Shown here in pieces: positions 34,437 to 41,404 of a DNA stretch of 41,404 nt (the stretch's first letter is position 1; every line of letters begins with the position of its first letter). This stretch comes from Octopus bimaculoides (Eukaryota): assembly GCF_001194135.2 (NCBI RefSeq), contig NC_068987.1, forward strand, positions 25,655,471 through 25,696,874, in the 5' to 3' direction. The translations under genes and the position numbers were made by a program. The notes under the pieces are model-generated. The model was given only the letters and a program-made list of their open reading frames with translations. It made no database searches and was not told the DNA's origin.

Positions 34437-34668
34437 TAAATGATGGTTTCCAATTTTGGCAAACAGGTCAGCAGTTTTTGAGAGAAAGGGGAAGTCGATT
34501 ACATTGACCCCACTAACCTCCCAGAAGTCGATTACATTGACTGGTAATTTATCTTATCGACCCCGAGAGGATCTCGGTGGAATTTGAACTCAGAACGTAA
34601 AGATGGATGAAATGCCGCTAAGCATTGTGTCCGGCGTGCTAACGATTCTGCCAGCTCGCCGTCTTGTC
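34437..34668 (-). mobile_element. Family A SINE
   Basis: TATCGACCCCGAGAGG...GAATTTGAACTCAGAACGTAAAG...ACGATTCTGCCAGCTCGCCG. Confidence 0.88.
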
Positions 34669-35039
34669 TTGATAAATGATATCCACCAATTATGAAGGGG
34701 CCATGATTCTGGTATGGGGATTCTTTTTTCACTCACATTCTCATTTTGCATTTTATAGCTATTATTATTATTTGTATTATTATCATTAGGCTAGTGGATC
34801 AACGTCATTAGTGAAGCACCAGACAACAGGACTCGCAGTGCTTAGTTTCAGCTATTTGTCATCTGAGTTTAAATTTCCTCGAGGGAACATTTAGTTTTTT
34901 TGCCATTCTGCGTTTGATAAAATACACGTCAGCAATTGAAGTTTCACCAAATCTATGATCGCTTTCTTACGTTAGATATCGTTATTATCACCATCTTCAT
35001 TAACATTTAGTATCATCTTTATCCCTCACCTCTTACCTC

Positions 35040-35234
35040 TACCATCATCATCATCAGCAGCAGCAGCAGCAGCATCAGCAGCAGCATCGCCGTCGTCATC
35101 ACCATGATTAGTTGAGTAGTGTTTGTCGCTATTGTTTAGTCTCAGGTCAGCCCTGAGAGAACATCCATGTCAGTGTCGTAGTAGTGGTGGCAGTGGTGGT
35201 ATTAATAGTGTTGGAGATGTTGGTAGTATTGTTG

Positions 35235-35266
<32 letters not shown>

Positions 35267-35780
35267 GGTGGTAGTGGTGGTGGTACCGTTGGTGTTAATG
35301 TGTTGATGATTGCAATAGGGGTGACACTAGTCCTGGTGCTGTTGGCAGTATAAGGCTCAGTCTGGATTATTTCGTTGTTTATATTCCATTTTTTAAAAGA
35401 ATAATACACACACACAATACAGACACACACACACATACACACACACACAACACACAAATACACACACACACTCACAAACAAATGCACTCACACACACATA
35501 AATACACTCACACACACACACACATACACAAATACACTCACACACACATAAATACACTCACACTCACACACACACACACAAATACACTCACACACAGCAC
35601 TGCCATACCCACCACCAGATCACCATTACCACCGACGCCACCACCATCATCACCACTGCCACGACTAACACCAACGTGCCTACCAGCCAACACAACTACC
35701 ATTATAAGCACCACCACCATTATAAGCACCACCACCACCACCACCACCACCACTACCACCACCACAACCACAATCATCAG
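35040..35780. repeat. Large compound microsatellite block (CAT/CAG, GTT/GGT, CA, ACC)
   Basis: Direct inspection. Confidence 0.9.
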
Positions 35781-36181
35781 ATCAAAAATTCAGATATGGA
35801 GACATCATTTAAAGAAACNNNNNNNNNNNNNNNNNNNNNNNNNNNNNNNNNNNNNNNNNNNNNNNNNNNNNNNNNNNNNNNNNNNNNNNNNNNNNNNNNN
35901 NNNNNNNNNNNNNNNNNNNNNNNNNNNNNNNNNNNNNNNNNNNNNNNNNNNNNNNNNNNNNNNNNNNNNNNNNNNNNNNNNNNNNNNNNNNNNNNNNNNN
36001 NNNNNGGATTAATTTTGAATATTATATTTTAGGAAGAATCTTCTTCCTCGTTCTTTTACGTATAATACATTCATTTGTAACTTGCACTGAAACGAACCAA
36101 TGTTGGAGCCTTTAGGTGGTCGCACGGAATGCTAGAAATAGCAGCAGCAATCTTTTTTCAAATAACACCACTACTTCTTCT

Positions 36182-36218
<37 letters not shown>

Positions 36219-36236
36219 TGTCAGGTTGTTTTACAG

Positions 36237-36403
36237 GTGTTGGCTATCATGGACCTGTATACCAAAGTCTGAAGATTCATGAATTTTGGGGGAAAAGAAA
36301 CACCAATGGTTTCCTGTTGCCTTCCGTTTATTTACCGTTTACTCTGCTAGTTTCATGCTCTTCCGGAATAACCGTTAAGGCACACAACCTATTTAATCCT
36401 CAG
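36237..36403 (+). CDS. Candidate internal exon (VGYHGPVYQSLKIHEFWGKRNTNGFLLPSVYLPFTLLVSCSSGITVKAHNLFNPQ)
   Basis: TTGTTTTACAG| ... CAG|GTATGA; 167 nt, one frame open throughout; no recognisable family. Confidence 0.2.
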
Positions 36404-37364
36404 GTATGAAGATTGGTTCAAGTAATATCAGGGCACATTTACATATTTGTTACATGTCTAGAAGCTTGACCCTAACCCTAACCCTACTCCGAATCCTATT
36501 GCCCCTCGTCACGGGACCACTTTCTGCTATGTGATACATAACAAGGCCCTTAACAGGTACTAACATCTTGAGCCAAAGTGGAACTGAGTGTATTGGTGAC
36601 TAATGGGTAACTTCACACTCCCTAAGACTCATGAATGCCCGAGCTGGAGTTTTCTCGCCGGGCGGAGTTTATTGTTTTTCCTAAGACCAATGTAGTACTG
36701 CATATCCCTTAAAAACATTATGGTTATATTTGGAATATGATGGAATGTTTTTGGTTTTAGATCTGCTCAGTTAGTGTTGGCCATGAGTTAGACAGGAACA
36801 ATAACATGTTTTAAAAGTAGATAATATATATGCAGGATTTGAGGTCAGTAGTTCTTTAACTCACTTTAGCCCTCACGGCCAAAGCCATGCCGGGGCACTA
36901 CTTTTAGTGTACAGTTGATAATAAAGCAAGTTCTGCGGACAATTTGGAAAAGCAATGAATTCTTGTGGGATCCGTTGGAAAACGTACGAGAGCATGTAGA
37001 CCATGTTAATGTGGTATCTGGAATGGCAATTATTTTTTGGTTTACATCTGATGAAGAACAAAGGGATATAAGCAGAGAGAGGGAGAGAGAGAATTACAAA
37101 CGTATCATATGATTAACATGCAATATAATAGTATATAAGCTGTGAAGTACGGTCGATTTAAATCAACTAGGCGAAGCTTTTAGTTGTAAAGAAATAATTG
37201 GGGATTGCTGACAAAATTATGTATGTGGTTGTGTGTATACGAACGTATGTTTGTGTGTCTATGTGTGTGTATACACACACACACACACACACACACATAA
37301 ACACACACATCAAAGAGAGGGAGAGTAAGAGCAATACAAGTTATCCTGTGAAGTTTCATTGGTT

Positions 37365-37722
37365 CCGCGGTGTTGGCTTTCAGGCACTGATTATCTACTG
37401 CTTCGCAATCACGTTTCTTCGGCTTCAGTCCACTTCGCAACACCTTGGACAAATGTTTTCTACTATAGCACTGGATTATCCAATGCCCTTTGACTGAATT
37501 TGGTAGACAGAAATTATGACAAACCTTCATGTGCCTGTATGTGTGTGTGTGTGTGTGTGTATTTCTCTTTGCCTCCCCACTTACTGCTAAATTACGTGGA
37601 CGTAATAGTGGTTCGCGAAAGTATTGATGACGATTTGTTCAAGTAAAACCCTTCAAGGCAGTGTCTCAGTATGGTCGTAGTCCAGTGATTGAAGCAAGTT
37701 AAAGAATAAAGGAATATAGTTA
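37365..37722 (+). mobile_element. Degenerate family C SINE
   Basis: CACCTTGGACAAATGTTTTCTACTATAGC...TTTGGTAGACAGAAA and tail CCTTCAAGGCAGTGTCTCAGTATGGTCGTAGTC. Confidence 0.7.
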
Positions 37723-38384
37723 AAGTGTGAAGTTTAAGTACGTATAACACTGAGAATAGAAGAGTCACAAAATCAACTACTGATGAACTGCTATTTATAT
37801 TATCACACGAAAAGTTCATGTAGTAGATTTCTCATGTTCTGCAACCGAATACATTGTTTTAGAACAACCGTCATTATATGAATATTCTCAAGGGGTCTTT
37901 TATAGTTGGGAGAAAAGCATAGTCCCTTGATACTGCGCCAACAAAAGTTGTGTAATGGCATACAATATCTCAATTATTATTCTCATATTTTATAATGTAG
38001 TCAAACAAATAGAAAACGCGTTTCTTTGAATAATGAATTGTTAATAATGAGTAGCTTATAAATAAATACATTTAGCCTTTCAACTTGAATCGATTGAAGA
38101 TATGAAATTGAAATTCTGATATGCGCTGTAAACATAATGTTAAAAAGTTTTCCTTCCGTTTGTAGTTGAATTTCTCTTTTTATTTGTGAATTTTGAAGTT
38201 TATCGATATAACTTTGCTTACTTTTTTTTTTAATTATTATCTGGTTACAAGGTAGTCTACCAAAAGGCATTTACGTTATGACTAGGCAAACCTCTCATTG
38301 AAATTGTTATTGCTGGCACATTTAGTTATATAGTGTTAGTGAATTAGAGCGAGAACTGTAATATAAAGTTGATTAATAACAAGT

Positions 38385-38600
38385 GAGCTGCGAGGATCGT
38401 GATCGAGTCGGACGAAATGCTTAATGGCATTTCTTCTGGCACTTTACTTTCGAAGTTCGGATTCCATCGAGGTTGACTTTGCCTTATATTCTTTCAGGAT
38501 CAATAAAATAAGTACCAGTTGAACACTGGGGTCGATGTAATAAATTACTCACCTCCCTTAAAATTGCCCCCTTTGTCACTAATATAGTTGAAAGTATGGA
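38385..38600 (+). mobile_element. Family A SINE
   Basis: GTGAGCTGCGAGGATCG...GATCAATAAAATAAGTACCAGTTGAACACTGGGGTCGATGTAAT. Confidence 0.8.
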
Positions 38601-39147
38601 TGCGTAATTCAAAAGTTCACTTCGCACCCACATAATTCCTGCTTCATCCCCACTGGGTAGTAATTTTGGCAAGTGTATTCTATTATAGACTCGGATTCTT
38701 GGGTTTACTAATGCCTTGTAAATAATATATATATAATATAATAAATTATAATACAATATAGTGTAATATATATGATATACCGCAATATATGACATAATAT
38801 GATATAGAATGTAGTATAATATTACATAATAAACCAAGATGGATGAATAAGTTCGCTATTTAATCATTTGAATAAATAAAGAATATTCAAAGCCTTAAAA
38901 AATTTATACAAAATGACAAGTCAAGTACAATACAATGTGCAAATTTATTTTTAATTCCTTGCAAAGAGATCCTTGTTTTGTAGATACTTTCCGACTTGTC
39001 AAAGAAAAGATAATCTTATGAATAAGTTGAAAAGACCTCTGAAAATATGAACTGCTTACAGCTTGCTGCCGATTTTCTTCGAAAAAGTTCATTGCGTTCA
39101 GTTACTGTAGAGTTAACCCAACGCATCGGTTTAGCGGATCATATTCA

Positions 39148-39865
39148 TTAATAATGTCGTCTTGAAATCAAAGATGGTTGTTTTTCTTCTAGCTCTGACT
39201 TAAGCCACTCAAACTTCTCGCAGTAGATCTCCTTTGTTATCGTTTGGTTTGGATTTAAAAGTTTAAAAGCTTTCATATCCCACCAAACAGATAACAACGC
39301 CTTATGTGGGTGAAGACCTTCTTTAGTCTGGAGTACCGGTGTTTCTCCTTTCCTAACCCGCTGTCTTCGGCGCTTGATATTTTTATGGAGACCCCATTTC
39401 TCGTCACCAGTCACTACTATTCGGTTCAAAAAAGGTTCATTCGTGAGACGTGACTGCAAAGAAGAGCACACATTCACTCTCTGCGCATGATTAGACTCCG
39501 AAAGTTTGTGAGAAACCCACTGACCCAATTTGCTGACTTTTCCGATGGCACGTAGGTGTCGATGAATGGTTGAATGACCAAATCCAAACTTCTCTGCTAG
39601 TTCTTCAGAGGTTACGATGGGATTTTGTTCCACCAGGGTTTGCAGGACGTCCTCACTGAGCTCTTACAGATCTTCCAGAACGAGGCTCGTCTTTTAGGCT
39701 ATAGTTTCCGGTTCGGAATTTCTGGAACCACCGTTGACACTGGCTTATGCTTATTGTTCGATCCCCATATACTGCATTAATATTCCTCGCACTTTCCGTT
39801 GTGTTGTTGCCTTTATTGAACTCATAAAGCAAAATATGCCGAATAAGCTCCTTTTTCCCTTCCAT
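39148..39865 (-). pseudogene. Mariner transposase pseudogene (1-nt frameshift near 39664, truncated before the second catalytic Asp)
   Basis: MEGKKELIRHILLYEFNKG...WFQKFRTGNYSLKDEPRSGR|ELSEDVLQTLVEQNP...LGQWVSHKL (WVPHEL)...VTGDEKW...LHPHKALLSVWWD. TIRs not identified. Confidence 0.92.
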
Positions 39866-39929
39866 TATAGCTTTGAAAAAAATGACTGTTAAATCGAACT
39901 GCACTCTTCAAAATTTGCACTAAGAATAA

Positions 39930-40000
39930 GGGCAAAGTCGGACTCATTAGCTCATAATTGTGAGCCCAATGCTTTAACCACTGAGCCATGCGCCTACATC
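39930..40000 (-). mobile_element. tRNA-like SINE head fragment
   Basis: Reverse complement GTAGGCGCATGGCTCAGTGGTTAAAGCATTGGGCTCACAA (A box). Confidence 0.6.
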
Positions 40001-40875
40001 CTAGCGATTCTCTAAAGAAGAGAAGTCACCATATTTTTTTTGCCATACCTGCCACTTCTGAATACTGTACGCTTTAATTAAGTAATATAATGTGTGTATC
40101 TATCGTGTATGTATGTGTGCAAAGCAGAAAAGACGGAGCGAATAAGGGAAGGAGACACAAAGAGAGGAAAGGAGAAAGAGAACAGCGTGACATTTTCTTA
40201 AATGTTCAATATTCATTGTCAGTTAAAACGAAAATTGAAATTCGAACTTCGCCGTTCATATTTTTCGCTTCTATTTCGTTTTTATTTATGGTTTATTGTT
40301 TTACACTTCTGAGTCTTCTAAAGACTACGACTACTGCTACTGCTACTGCTACTACTACTACTACTACAACTAGATTTCTCCTGCTTGTCCAAGTGTTGTT
40401 GTAAAGGAAAATTCGATGCAGATAAAATTACAATTACAAAAAATGAAACTGGGACAAATTTATCCGGGTTTTGTCAATTATTTTGTTTGTTTAATAATCA
40501 ACGTTCTCTATATGAATGTTTGTGTGTGTGTGTGTATGTATGTGTCTATGTGTGTGTGCGCGTGTACACGTGTGTGTTTAACATTGCAAGTTAAGGAGGT
40601 GGAGATTGTGATGTTGGCGGGGATAGTGGAAATTTAGCTTCCCAGGACTGTCATGTTTTCTAACCCTTTCAAACAAGAGGATAAGTAAATGAATAATGGG
40701 AAAAAATAAGTCCGTGAGTGTGCGCGCGCGTGCGTGTGTGAGTTTGTGTGAGTTTGTGTGTGTTCTTTAAAGACAGTGAGAGATTGCCTACGTGTGTATG
40801 AGCGTATGCAGATGTCAGTGTGTCTACGTACATGTTTCTATGTAAGAGGATATACTGCTAAGAGGTCATTAGCGT

Positions 40876-40889
40876 AGGAAGTGACGTCA
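40876..40889 (+). promoter_or_regulatory. Overlapping ETS-CRE composite motif
   Basis: AGGAAGTGACGTCA: ETS core GGAAGT overlapping the full CRE palindrome TGACGTCA. Confidence 0.3.
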
Positions 40890-40940
40890 GATCCTAAAGC
40901 CAAGTTGTAGAGTTCTCTCTTCTGGATTTTAGTTTCTGTT

Positions 40941-41200
40941 TACACACACACACACACACAAACACACACGCACACACACACACACACTCACACACACACA
41001 CACACGCACAAGCACACACGTACACACATGTGTATTTATGTGTATTTATGTATGATAAGTGCGTTCAAAGAATCTCTACGCTTTCCACTAGTTACTTTCA
41101 TCATCCTTATCATCATCACCACCACCACAACCACAATCACCACCATCACCATTATCATCAGTTTGGCTACCGTTGTCACCATAACAACAACTACACGTTT
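40941..41200. repeat. (CA)n and (CAT/CAC)n microsatellites
   Basis: Direct inspection. Confidence 0.9.
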
Positions 41201-41404
41201 TATAGTCAGACGGCAAACGGAACACACACACGATATGAGACAAGGTATGATCAAGATTAATTTCTTTTAAACGTTCTTCCGTTGATGTTAATCTCCCCGA
41301 GTTATTTCCTCTTTGAGCTCACCCATAACCTAAACCATTCCCAATGTTTGGAGCTGTTTTGAGAGTTCTTTTTACACATCTAAAATTATATCCTATGTAC
41401 TTTC

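Noticed and set aside
38836-38866. Possible mariner right TIR (GATGGATGAATAAGTTCGC)
   Set aside because: No matching inverted copy found upstream of the transposase start.

Overview
AT-rich, microsatellite-dense eukaryotic DNA with six N gaps. The SINE families, Dong/R4 LINEs and (TA)/(CA)/(ATT) load look like an octopod cephalopod short-read assembly (inference from sequence style). The window is probably intronic or intergenic, and no host protein-coding gene can be named. Almost all of the ORF track is translated microsatellite or repeat. Recognisable coding remnants are two R4/Dong-clade non-LTR retrotransposons (6833-7700, young; about 31567-34060, decayed), a frameshifted, truncated mariner transposase (39148-39865) and probable Penelope-like fragments. 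There are four MITEs and about 30 SINE-like copies in four families. Best leads: (1) a recursive-splice-site-like YAG|GTAAGT at 9284/9285 with a 74-nt exon-like segment closed in all frames; (2) a CTCF-like motif followed by a degenerate 21-22-bp phased array at 19.2-19.55 kb; (3) minimal hammerhead-ribozyme-like motifs of the Penelope type, one pair in tandem 125-bp repeats; (4) a pri-miRNA-shaped hairpin at 30566-30646; (5) long foldbacks (12899-13434, 21547-21728); (6) both Dong LINEs sitting tail-to-tail with SINE (ATT)n tails; (7) three phase-compatible plus-strand candidate exons at 10.7-11.5 kb. All were judged by eye. I found no clear evidence of a wholly new multi-gene system.
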